Translations under genes and position numbers: made by a program
The notes under the pieces: generated by a model
The model's input: the letters and a program-made list of their open reading frames with translations, nothing else
What the model was told of the DNA's origin: nothing
Database searches by the model: none
Shown: one piece after another, positions 44,743 to 52,719 of the stretch
Numbering within the stretch: the first letter of the stretch is position 1
Layout of the letters: the number at the start of each line of letters is the position of its first letter
NCBI GenBank assembly: GCA_016186115.1
Contig: JACPMK010000003.1
Location: 26,470 to 90,469, forward strand
DNA from: Candidatus Wildermuthbacteria bacterium
GTDB lineage: Bacteria; Patescibacteriota; Minisyncoccia; Minisyncoccales; UBA10102
Length of the DNA: 64,000 nt
Reading direction: 5' to 3'

Positions 44743-45261
44743 TCATCCTTTCAAAATAATCATTGCTAATCCACGCGGTTCCTTTTTGAGTTCATGCTCT
44801 ATCTTTATTGGCGTAACGCCCCTGACCATTTCAATAAGCTTGTCGAATTTTTCCCGTGCCACATTTTGGAGCGCATTCTCTCTTCCGCGGAGCCGGAGGG
44901 CAATGCGCACTCTGTTTCCTTCTAGCAGGAATTTTGCCGCCTGTCGAGCCCGTATCTCGAGATCATGGGTAGAGATATTGAAGGTGAGACGAATTTCTTT
45001 GAGTCCGCCTCCTCCTCCGCGCTTGTGCATTTCCCTGTCTTTTTTCTCTTTCTGATACAGATATTTTCCTAGCTCCCCGATTTTGCAAACAGGGGGTTCC
45101 ACGTGTTCGGTTACCTGAATCAAATCCAAGTCACGCTCTATTGCCATTTGAAGCGCATGCTGAATCGGCACAATCCCCACTTGTTTTCCGGTCTCATCGA
45201 TGAGCCGCACTTCTTTTGCCCGTATGAAATTATTGACTAAAACTCGTTTTTGCAAATTAAT
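44743..45261 (-). CDS. infC: Translation initiation factor IF-3, probably with a non-ATG start
   Basis: IRAKEVRLIDETGKQVGIV onward is IF3. The track start at 45363 runs through the tmRNA. The first in-frame candidates after the tmRNA 3' end are ATT (45261) and TTG (45255). Confidence 0.8.
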   Translation of the reverse strand: MNLQKRVLVNNFIRAKEVRLIDETGKQVGIVPIQHALQMAIERDLDLIQVTEHVEPPVCKIGELGKYLYQKEKKDREMHKRGGGGGLKEIRLTFNISTHDLEIRARQAAKFLLEGNRVRIALRLRGRENALQNVAREKFDKLIEMVRGVTPIKIEHELKKEPRGLAMIILKG

Positions 45262-45265
45262 AAAG

Positions 45266-45614
45266 TGGAGGTGGCGGGTACCGACCCCGCGTCTGGACAG
45301 GTCAAGGAATACAATCTTCAGGCATAGTCCGGTTGAGGTTGAGAAAGGGTTAAAACCGGACAAAATCCCTTTCCCTTAAGATCGAAAGGTTCAATAGTTC
45401 TCCTGATCTTAAAGAGAGCTATCTATCTCGATGGTTGGCACCTATTCCGTATACCGAGAATCAGCGGATAGGCGGCCTAAGCATTTTATGCGTAGGCAAG
45501 TGCCCTTTGAGGGGCAAATGGATTGGCAGTTGTTACTGCTCCAAGTTTTGAAGAGTTCTTGGAACTCTGTCTGCAGCATTCCTGTTGCTGTCCATCGAAA
45601 CCCTGTTCACCCCC
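45266..45614 (-). ncRNA. ssrA: tmRNA (SsrA), 349 nt
   Basis: 5' end is GGGGGTGAACAGGGTTTCGATGG and 3' end is GACGCGGGGTCGGTACCCGCCACCTCCA. Acceptor GGGGGUG/CACCUCC has the G3-U pair. Tag ORF (45527..45486) encodes ANPFAPQRALAYA plus stop. Adjacent to smpB. Confidence 0.85.
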
Positions 45615-45620
45615 TTATAC

Positions 45621-46067
45621 TTATGATGCTCTTAACGCTCGTTTCATTTCGCGCTCCGCTTCTCTGCGTCGGATGGTCTCGCGCTTATCATACTGTTTTT
45701 TGCCTTTTGCAAGAGCAAACTCAATCTTAATTTGAGCGTTTTTATTATACAATCGAAGCGACACCAAAGTCAATCCTCTCTCTTTTGCCTTGCCCATGAG
45801 ATAGCTTAGTTCTTTTTTGTGCAAGAGCAGCTTGCGGGAGCGTTGCGGATCATAGCTTGAAAGGGCATTTCTCGGCTGATAGGGGGGAATAGTCACGCCA
45901 ACAAGGAAAAGTTCATTTCCTCGGGGAACGATGTAGGATCCGGCCAACTGTGCCCGTCCTAATTTGATTGATTTTACCTCTTGTCCATTCAATACAATAC
46001 CCGCCTCGAACTTCTCGAGGATTTCATAATTAAAATACGCTTTTCGATTTTCTGCAAAATCTGTCAT
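45621..46067 (-). CDS. smpB: SsrA-binding protein SmpB
   Basis: NRKAYFNYEILEKFEAGIVL...KSIK...LLLHKKE is classic SmpB. Confidence 0.95.
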   Translation of the reverse strand: MTDFAENRKAYFNYEILEKFEAGIVLNGQEVKSIKLGRAQLAGSYIVPRGNELFLVGVTIPPYQPRNALSSYDPQRSRKLLLHKKELSYLMGKAKERGLTLVSLRLYNKNAQIKIEFALAKGKKQYDKRETIRRREAEREMKRALRAS

Positions 46068-46109
46068 TGCTTACATTCTAAAAGAAAATACGCTAAACTG
46101 AAATAGATT

Positions 46110-47861
46110 ATGGTCCGAGTGGAAATTGAGAGATTAATCAAACAAGCACTTGAAGGCCTTCAAAAAGCGCACCAATTGGAGAATTTTGAGCTGGGCGAAA
46201 TTCCCTTGGAGCATCCGCAAAATCCAGAGCATGGGGATTATGCCACGAGCGTGGCCTTTGCATTGGCAAAGCAACTTGGCAAAAATCCAAGCGAAGCAGC
46301 TGAATTAATTGCTTCGCGTTTCACGCCTCGTGCTTCAGAAATTCTGGACGAGGTCAAGGCAGTTGGCGGCTTCGTGAATTTTTCCATCTCCAAAAAGTAT
46401 CTTTTCCAAGAGCTTAACGCCGTGATCCAGCAAAAAGAACAGTATGGAAAGATCGATTCGCTGAAGGGGAAAAAAATCATGGTGGAGTATGCTCATCCTA
46501 ATACTCATAAAGAAATGCATATTGGGCATATGCGCACTTTAATTACGGGTGAGGCCTTGGCCCGTATTCTTGGTTTGTGCGGGGCAAAGGTTTTCCGGGC
46601 AAATTATCAGGGAGACATCGGGCCGCATGTTGCCAAAGCAATTTGGGGTACGCAAAAGATTCTCAAAGAGCGCAACCTTACATGGGCAAAGGCAGAGAAA
46701 TTGAGTTTGAGCGATAGGGCGCATTTGCTTGGCGAGGGATACGTGAAGGGTAACAGGGAATACGAGGCAAATAAAGAAGAAATTGACGAACTCAATGCAA
46801 AGCTTTATCGGCGAGATACGAAAATAATGTCGATCTATCGGCAGACGCGCGAATGGAGCTTGGATTATTTTTCTGCAATCTATAAACAATTTGGCACGAA
46901 GTTCGACAAGCTCTATTTTGAGAGCCAAGTTGCAAGTATCGGGAAAAATATTGTTCTCAAAAATATCGGGAGAGTATTTGAAAAAAGCGAAGGCGCATTT
47001 ATTTTTGACGGCGAAAAATATGGCCTTCATAAGCGCGTGTTCATTACGCAAGACGGAAATCCTACGTACGAAGGAAAAGAAATGGGATTGGCTTTTGTGC
47101 AGCACAAAGACTTTCCTTTTGATCTCAATGTGCATGTGGTGGCGAACGAACAGACGGGATATTTCAAAGTGGTAATGAAGGCCCTCGAACTAATAGACAA
47201 GAAATTCGCAGGAAAGGAATATCACTTGCCCATGGGAATGGTGCAATTGGTCGGTCTTAAAATGTCTTCCCGTACAGGCGTTGTGATTACGGTGGATGGG
47301 TTGCTCGTCCAAGTACAAGATGCGTTGCAAAAATTGATTACGAATAGGAAGCTTTCTCAAAAAGAAAAAAAACGGATTGCAGAAATAGGAGCGATGGCTG
47401 CCGTAAAGTATTCGATACTCAAAACAGATACAAAATCCAATGTAGTATTCGATATGAAAAAATCTGTGAGTTTGGATGGGGACTCTGGCCCGTATCTTCT
47501 TTATACGTATGCGAGGTGTAGAAGTATATTAAGAAAAGCACGAAATTCGAAATTCGAAATTCGAAATAAATCCCAAATTTTAAATTCAAAATTCTCAAAA
47601 GAAGAACTCGATGTTTTGCGAACGATTTATAAATTTCCCGAAGTGGTCAGAGAGGCGGCAGAGAAATTTTCACCAAGCATTATTTGCAGCTATATTTTTG
47701 ATGTGGCGCAAAAATACAATCTTTTTTACCATACGTCCCCCGTGTTGCAGGCAGAGACAAAAGAGCAAAAAGCATTTCGTCTTCTGCTCACCGGAGCAGT
47801 TGCCCAATTGATCAAAAATAGTTTATCCCTCTTGGGCATCCAAACTCTGGAGCGAATGTAA
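46110..47861 (+). CDS. argS: Arginyl-tRNA synthetase
   Basis: HPNTHKEMHIGH (HIGH), MSSRTG (KMSK-type), and a C-terminal DALR anticodon-binding domain ending in M. Confidence 0.95.
   Translation: MVRVEIERLIKQALEGLQKAHQLENFELGEIPLEHPQNPEHGDYATSVAFALAKQLGKNPSEAAELIASRFTPRASEILDEVKAVGGFVNFSISKKYLFQELNAVIQQKEQYGKIDSLKGKKIMVEYAHPNTHKEMHIGHMRTLITGEALARILGLCGAKVFRANYQGDIGPHVAKAIWGTQKILKERNLTWAKAEKLSLSDRAHLLGEGYVKGNREYEANKEEIDELNAKLYRRDTKIMSIYRQTREWSLDYFSAIYKQFGTKFDKLYFESQVASIGKNIVLKNIGRVFEKSEGAFIFDGEKYGLHKRVFITQDGNPTYEGKEMGLAFVQHKDFPFDLNVHVVANEQTGYFKVVMKALELIDKKFAGKEYHLPMGMVQLVGLKMSSRTGVVITVDGLLVQVQDALQKLITNRKLSQKEKKRIAEIGAMAAVKYSILKTDTKSNVVFDMKKSVSLDGDSGPYLLYTYARCRSILRKARNSKFEIRNKSQILNSKFSKEELDVLRTIYKFPEVVREAAEKFSPSIICSYIFDVAQKYNLFYHTSPVLQAETKEQKAFRLLLTGAVAQLIKNSLSLLGIQTLERM
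47543..47598 (+). repeat. Heptanucleotide-periodic tract (about 8 units) inside argS, in frame
   Basis: AAATTCG x3, then AAATAAA TCCCAAA TTTTAAA TTCAAAA TTCTCAA. Translated NSKFEIRNKSQILNSKFSK in a variable linker of ArgRS. Confidence 0.85.
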
Positions 47862-47942
47862 AAAGCGTTTCTCTGAATTTCGATAGTATCGAACACTGAA
47901 AAGAACTTGGAAAGAATCAAGAATGAAAACCAAGAATGAAAA

Positions 47943-48401
47943 ATGAAAATAAAAAGTACATCAATATTATGCGATAGGATAAAATTGATGTACAACGCTT
48001 TTTATCGGTTGCGCAAAGAGGGCTGCATTTATATCGAACGGCGCAACAATCAAATTTTTATTTCTCTCACCGAAAAAGGAAGAAGGAAAGCCGGACGGTT
48101 TTAGATTGATAGCTTGAAAATTAAAAAGCCAAAGCAATGGGATAGAAAATGGCGCTTGATTATGTTTGATATTGCACAGCTCCATCTTTTCAAGAGAAAC
48201 GCGCTCCGAGGAATTCTAAAACGACTGCAATTTTATCAACTTCAGAAAAGTATTTGGATTCATCCTTTTGATTGCCAGGATGAGTTCGATCTTCTGAAGG
48301 ATTTTTTCGGTTTGACCGTTAGGGAGATGAGATTTGTGGTTGCCAATGATATTGGGGACGATCAATCTTTGCGTACAATGTTTAAGTTGCAAACTGTTTG
48401 A
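47943..48401 (+). pseudogene. PaaX-like small regulator (wHTH + PaaX_C/Cas2-like fold) interrupted by an in-frame TAG
   Basis: ATG at 47943 or 47988 gives ...MYNAFYRLRKEGCIYIERRNNQIFISLTEKGRRKAGRF, then TAG (48102-04), then IDSLKIKKPKQWDRKWRLIMFDIAQ... in the same frame. The track only calls 48114..48401. Confidence 0.5.
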
Positions 48402-48433
48402 AAAGTCGGCTCAAAAATGTTAAATTGAGTGGC

Positions 48434-51400
48434 ATGGAAGTTAATTTTCCGAAGCTGGAGGAAAGAATATTAAAGCATTGGAAGGCGATTAGGGCATTTG
48501 AAAAATCGGTACAAATGCGAAGGGGATCGCCTCGTTTTGTTTTTTACGAAGGTCCTCCCACAGCCAATGGCGCCCCGGGCATCCATCACGTGCTTTCCCG
48601 TGCCTTTAAAGATATTATTCTGCGCTACAAAACCATGGCTGGATTTTACGTTGAGCGAAAAGCTGGCTGGGATACGCATGGTCTCCCCGTGGAATTGCAA
48701 ATTGAAAAAAAACTTGGATTGAAGTCAAAAAAGGATATCGAGAAATACGGCATCGCGAAATTCAATGCAGAGTGCAAAAAATCTGTCTGGGAATACAAGA
48801 AAGAATGGGAAAGTTTAACAGAGCGCATCGGATTTTGGCTCGACATGGAGCATCCCTACATCACTTATGAAACTCCATATATCGAAACTCTGTGGTCAAT
48901 TATTAAACAGTACTGGCAAAAGGGATTGCTCTATAAAGATTACAAGGTTGTGCCTTATTGTCCGCGCTGCGGCACTTCGCTTTCTTCTCATGAGCTAGCC
49001 CAAGGGTATAAAACCGTAAAAGAACCCTCGGTATATGTAAAATTCAAAATTCGAGCGGAAGATTTTCTTAAACTACCGACTACTAACCATAAACTACAAA
49101 CTGTTTATCTTTTGGCGTGGACTACAACTCCATGGACCCTGCCTTCGAATGTGGCATTGGCCGTCCATCCGGATATCTCTTATGTGGTTGCCAAACTCAA
49201 TAATGAGCATTACATCGTTGCACAAGAACGGGCAAAGCATGTGCTCGGCGAGACCTATGAAATTGCAGAAACGCTAAGGGGGAGCGATTTGGTGGGGGTT
49301 TCTTATGTCCCCCTATATCAATTTGAGCAGAGTGAAAAAGGGAAAAAAGTGTGGGAAGTAGTTCCTGCGGATTTTGTATCAACCAAAGAAGGCACCGGCA
49401 TCGTGCATACCGCAGTGGCCTATGGAGTTGATGATTTTGAGCTGGGCAAAAAACAGAATCTTGCAATGTTTCATTTCGTAACAGAAGAAGGAAAATTTCA
49501 TGACAAGGTAAAACCATTTGCCGGACTTTTTGTAAAAGATGCCGATCCCTTGATTATGGAAGATTTGAAAAAGCGCAGTACTCTTTTCAAAGAAGAGCTC
49601 TATGAGCATGAGTATCCTTTTTGCTGGAGATGCGACACGCCCCTGTTGTATTACGCGAAAGAGAGTTGGTTTTTGAATATGCAAAGGGTAAAAGATCAGT
49701 TGCTGGCGAACAATGAAAAAATTCATTGGATTCCTGCGTATATTAAGGAAGGGAGATTTGGCGAATGGCTTAAAGAGGTACGCGACTGGGCGTTTTCGAG
49801 AGAAAGATATTGGGGTACGCCCTTGCCTATCTGGCAATGCAAAGGATGCGTCCATCAAGAAACAATCGGCTCTCTCGATGATTTGAGGAAACAAAAATTC
49901 TCAACAAATACCTATTATATATTGCGTCATGGTGACTCCGAACGCCAGAAAACAAACGTCATGTCTTCTTGGCCAGAGAAAAAGCCATTACCCCTTACCT
50001 CAAGAGGAGTACGTGAAATTCAGGCGAGAGCAAAACAATTAAAAAAGAAAAAAATTGATTTCATTTTTTCTTCAGATATACTTCGAACGCAGCAAACCGC
50101 AGAAATCATAGGCAAAGAATTGGGCATTGCGCCAATTTTTGATAAGCGTTTGCGAGAGTGGGATATGGGCATATTGAATGGCAAGCATATCAAAGAATAC
50201 GGAAAAATGTTCGGCAGAAAAGGCGAGACCGCTTTGGAGCATTACCTGCGTAGATTTGAGGAGCCCGTACCAAAAGGAGAAAGCTGGAAAGATGTGCAGA
50301 AGCGATTGTATGGTTTGCTGCAAGAGCTTGAGAAAAAGTATGACGGGAAAACAGTTCTTGTTATCGGCCACGAGTTGCCGCTTACGCTTTTGGAGGGTCT
50401 TGCGAAGGGATTGTCGAGAGAAGAAGTTATCAAATTCCGGGAGAAAAAAGCATTGCATACCGCAGAATTGCGCAAGTTGTCAGTAACCCTGCTTCCTTAT
50501 AACGATGATATGGAAGTGGATCTTCATCGCCCCCACATCGATGCCGTTACTTTTTTTTGTTCTCAATGCGGCAAGCAAATGGAACGAGTAAAAGATGTGG
50601 TGGATGTATGGTTTGATTCTGGGGCAATGCCCTTTGCGCAAAATCCGAAATTCGAAATCCGAAATCCGAAATTAGCGCCTCCGGCGCTGTATCCGGCGGA
50701 TTATATTGTGGAGGGAATTGATCAAACACGGGGATGGTTTTATACCTTGCTTGCAATCGCCACGTTATTGGGTTTTGGCACGCCTTTTCGAAACGCAATT
50801 TCCTTGGGTCATATTCTGGATGAAAAGGGGGAAAAGATGTCCAAGACCAAAGGCAACGTGGTAAGCCCTTGGGATATGATTTCAAAGTATGGAGCAGATG
50901 CAGTGCGATGGTATTTCTATACCATGAATCATCCCGGAGACCCAAAATTATTTTCTGAAAGGGATATTCAGCAGACGCTTCGAAAATTCCTTTTTACGCT
51001 TTGGAATTCTTTTGTTTTTTATCAAATGTATAAACCTTCTTCCAATGCGAAGATTCCTGTCAAAATTCAAACCAGCCATATTCTTGATCGCTGGATTCTT
51101 TCGCGACTGCAATTGCTTATTGAGGAGATGACGAAACGCATCGATTCCTATGACGTCACAGGGGCGGCAAGAGCGCTGGAAGGTTTTGCGATCGATGATT
51201 TTTCACTTTGGTATATCCGAAGATCGCGTGTAAGATTTCAGAATCCAAGTTCTCCAAGAGAAAAACAAGAGGCGCTTACAACATTGCAGTATACTCTGGC
51301 GGAAGTAGCGAAGCTGGCAGCTCCTTTCGTGCCCATGATTAGCGAACATATCTATCAGGAACTTCAGCAGAAACGCAGCTCTTCTATGCAAAGTGTTCAC

Positions 51401-51949
51401 TGGAAAGATTGGCCGAAGTCCCAGCGGCAGTTTCGTAATCTGCCCCTTGAAGAAGAAATGAACAAGGCGCGAGAGGTCGTTGCCAAGGCGCTTGCCGAAC
51501 GCGCAAAAGCAGGGATCAAGGTGCGCCAGCCCCTCGCTTTGCTGAAAATCCGAAATCCGAAATCCGAAGTTCCAAACGAATTACTCAACGTAATTAAGGA
51601 TGAGGTGAATGTGAAAGAAGTTGTGTTTGATAAAAATCTCAAGGCAGAGGTTGAGTTGGATACGCGCCTCACTCCAGCGCTGAAAGAAGAAGGGATGCTG
51701 CGGGATATTCTGCGTTCCATACAGGATATGCGAAAAACAGCGGGGTACAAGCCACGGCATTCCATTGTGCTTAGTTTTGCCGGAGATGTTTTTCTTGGGC
51801 AGCTCTTGTTAAAGAACAGGATGGTGTTGAAGCGGGGCGTGGGAATAAAAAAGTTTATCCAGGGAGAAAAACCAAAGCATGTATTTGATATCGAACGCGA
51901 ATTTGAAATGGAAGGCAAGAGAATTTGGCTCGGCATAAAAAAAGCATAG
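48434..51949 (+). CDS. ileS: Isoleucyl-tRNA synthetase (type 2-like) with an inserted histidine-phosphatase domain
   Basis: PPTANGAPGIHHV (HIGH region), GWDTHGLP, WTTTPWTLPSN, CP1 editing region, KMSKTKGN, DQTRGWFY. ATG at 48434 (MEVNFPKLEE). Confidence 0.95.
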   Translation: MEVNFPKLEERILKHWKAIRAFEKSVQMRRGSPRFVFYEGPPTANGAPGIHHVLSRAFKDIILRYKTMAGFYVERKAGWDTHGLPVELQIEKKLGLKSKKDIEKYGIAKFNAECKKSVWEYKKEWESLTERIGFWLDMEHPYITYETPYIETLWSIIKQYWQKGLLYKDYKVVPYCPRCGTSLSSHELAQGYKTVKEPSVYVKFKIRAEDFLKLPTTNHKLQTVYLLAWTTTPWTLPSNVALAVHPDISYVVAKLNNEHYIVAQERAKHVLGETYEIAETLRGSDLVGVSYVPLYQFEQSEKGKKVWEVVPADFVSTKEGTGIVHTAVAYGVDDFELGKKQNLAMFHFVTEEGKFHDKVKPFAGLFVKDADPLIMEDLKKRSTLFKEELYEHEYPFCWRCDTPLLYYAKESWFLNMQRVKDQLLANNEKIHWIPAYIKEGRFGEWLKEVRDWAFSRERYWGTPLPIWQCKGCVHQETIGSLDDLRKQKFSTNTYYILRHGDSERQKTNVMSSWPEKKPLPLTSRGVREIQARAKQLKKKKIDFIFSSDILRTQQTAEIIGKELGIAPIFDKRLREWDMGILNGKHIKEYGKMFGRKGETALEHYLRRFEEPVPKGESWKDVQKRLYGLLQELEKKYDGKTVLVIGHELPLTLLEGLAKGLSREEVIKFREKKALHTAELRKLSVTLLPYNDDMEVDLHRPHIDAVTFFCSQCGKQMERVKDVVDVWFDSGAMPFAQNPKFEIRNPKLAPPALYPADYIVEGIDQTRGWFYTLLAIATLLGFGTPFRNAISLGHILDEKGEKMSKTKGNVVSPWDMISKYGADAVRWYFYTMNHPGDPKLFSERDIQQTLRKFLFTLWNSFVFYQMYKPSSNAKIPVKIQTSHILDRWILSRLQLLIEEMTKRIDSYDVTGAARALEGFAIDDFSLWYIRRSRVRFQNPSSPREKQEALTTLQYTLAEVAKLAAPFVPMISEHIYQELQQKRSSSMQSVHWKDWPKSQRQFRNLPLEEEMNKAREVVAKALAERAKAGIKVRQPLALLKIRNPKSEVPNELLNVIKDEVNVKEVVFDKNLKAEVELDTRLTPALKEEGMLRDILRSIQDMRKTAGYKPRHSIVLSFAGDVFLGQLLLKNRMVLKRGVGIKKFIQGEKPKHVFDIEREFEMEGKRIWLGIKKA
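49069..49103 (+). repeat. Heptanucleotide-periodic tract in ileS (TAAACTA type)
   Basis: TAAACTA CCGACTA CTAACCA TAAACTA CAAACTG, translated LKLPTTNHKLQT just before WTTTPWTLP. Shares the 14-mer ATAAACTACAAACT with 61785-61798. Confidence 0.75.
49900..50510 (+). other. Histidine phosphatase (phosphoglycerate-mutase-like, branch 1) domain embedded in IleRS
   Basis: YYILRHGDSERQ (RHG motif), SSDILRTQQTAEII, DKRLREWDMGILNG, PKGESWKDVQKRL, VLVIGHELPL. Inserted between ...ETIGSLDDLRKQKF and DLHRPHID.... Confidence 0.8.
50641..50675 (+). repeat. Heptanucleotide tandem repeat in ileS (AAATYCG x5)
   Basis: AAATCCG AAATTCG AAATCCG AAATCCG AAATTAG, translated NPKFEIRNPKLA. Confidence 0.85.
51546..51573 (+). 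repeat. Heptanucleotide tandem repeat in ileS (AAATCCG x3 + 1 degenerate)
   Basis: AAATCCG AAATCCG AAATCCG AAGTTCC, translated KIRNPKSEVP. Confidence 0.85.
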
Positions 51950-51951
51950 CC

Positions 51952-52719
51952 ATGGGATTTTCTCATTATCGAACCCAAGCAGTTGTTCTGGCGAGTCAGG
52001 ATCGGGGAGAGGCGGATCGGATATTCCATTTGTATACCAAGGACTTTGGAAAATTGAGAGCGTGGGCGATTTCGGAGCGAAAAATAACTTCCAAGCTCCG
52101 GGGGGGATTGGAGCCGTGGGGTCATTCTGAAGTCGAATTCATCGAGGGAAGAAACAGAAAAATTATTGTGGATACTGCTTCCCTTCATCGCTATCAAGCA
52201 ATACGGAACAATATAGAGAAAATACGATGCGCAGGGAGAGTTGTTTCTGCGCTTGACTCTCTTTGCAAAGAAGAAATTCCAGAGCAGCATATTTGGTTTT
52301 TCCTCTTGCATGTTTTGCAAATATTAGATACAGAAGAAAGAGAACAATGGGATTTTGAGCTGGTGTATTTTTATTTTCTCTGGAATATTTTTTCCTTGCT
52401 TGGGTACCAGCCCTTTCTGGAGGCGTGCAAAAATTGCAAGAGGGCTGTCGATCTTGAGAAGACGTATTTTTTCTTTTCGGAAGGCGGGATTCTGTGCCGG
52501 GATTGCACAAAGAAGAAGAATATTGCGCGAGCGCTTTCGCAAAAAATTGCCATTGAGCTTTCCCCCTTTCTCTTGCAAACAATGCGAGCGCTGACGAACC
52601 AAAAGATGGGCGAGAACAATTTGAATGCAATTTCCATGGCCTCGCAGGAGCGTTCTTTGTTAGAAGAATTATCTTCGCGCTACACTGCTCAATTGAGTGT
52701 CTATTCCTATGAATCCTAA
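51952..52719 (+). CDS. recO: DNA repair protein RecO
   Basis: N-terminal OB fold (AVVLASQDRGEADRIFHLYTKDFGKL) and a zinc-finger CKNC...CRDC. The ATG at 51952 lies just after the ileS stop. Confidence 0.85.
   Translation: MGFSHYRTQAVVLASQDRGEADRIFHLYTKDFGKLRAWAISERKITSKLRGGLEPWGHSEVEFIEGRNRKIIVDTASLHRYQAIRNNIEKIRCAGRVVSALDSLCKEEIPEQHIWFFLLHVLQILDTEEREQWDFELVYFYFLWNIFSLLGYQPFLEACKNCKRAVDLEKTYFFFSEGGILCRDCTKKKNIARALSQKIAIELSPFLLQTMRALTNQKMGENNLNAISMASQERSLLEELSSRYTAQLSVYSYES

Noticed and set aside
45262-45363. N-terminal extension of infC (track start TTG 45363)
   Set aside because: The extension is the antisense-independent reading of the tmRNA gene body (45266-45614 on the same strand). IF3 similarity only begins after the tmRNA 3' end.
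30798-51573. Heptamer tracts as CRISPR arrays or as sequencing artefacts
   Set aside because: The units are 7 nt long with no spacers, so these are not CRISPR arrays. They preserve the reading frames of five conserved genes, and unit variants drift gradually, which argues against assembly collapse. Read-level confirmation is still needed.
51397-52320. 307-aa minus-strand ORF spanning the ileS-recO junction
   Set aside because: It is antisense to two well-supported genes. Its composition is S/R/F-rich shadow-frame, and no family is recognised.
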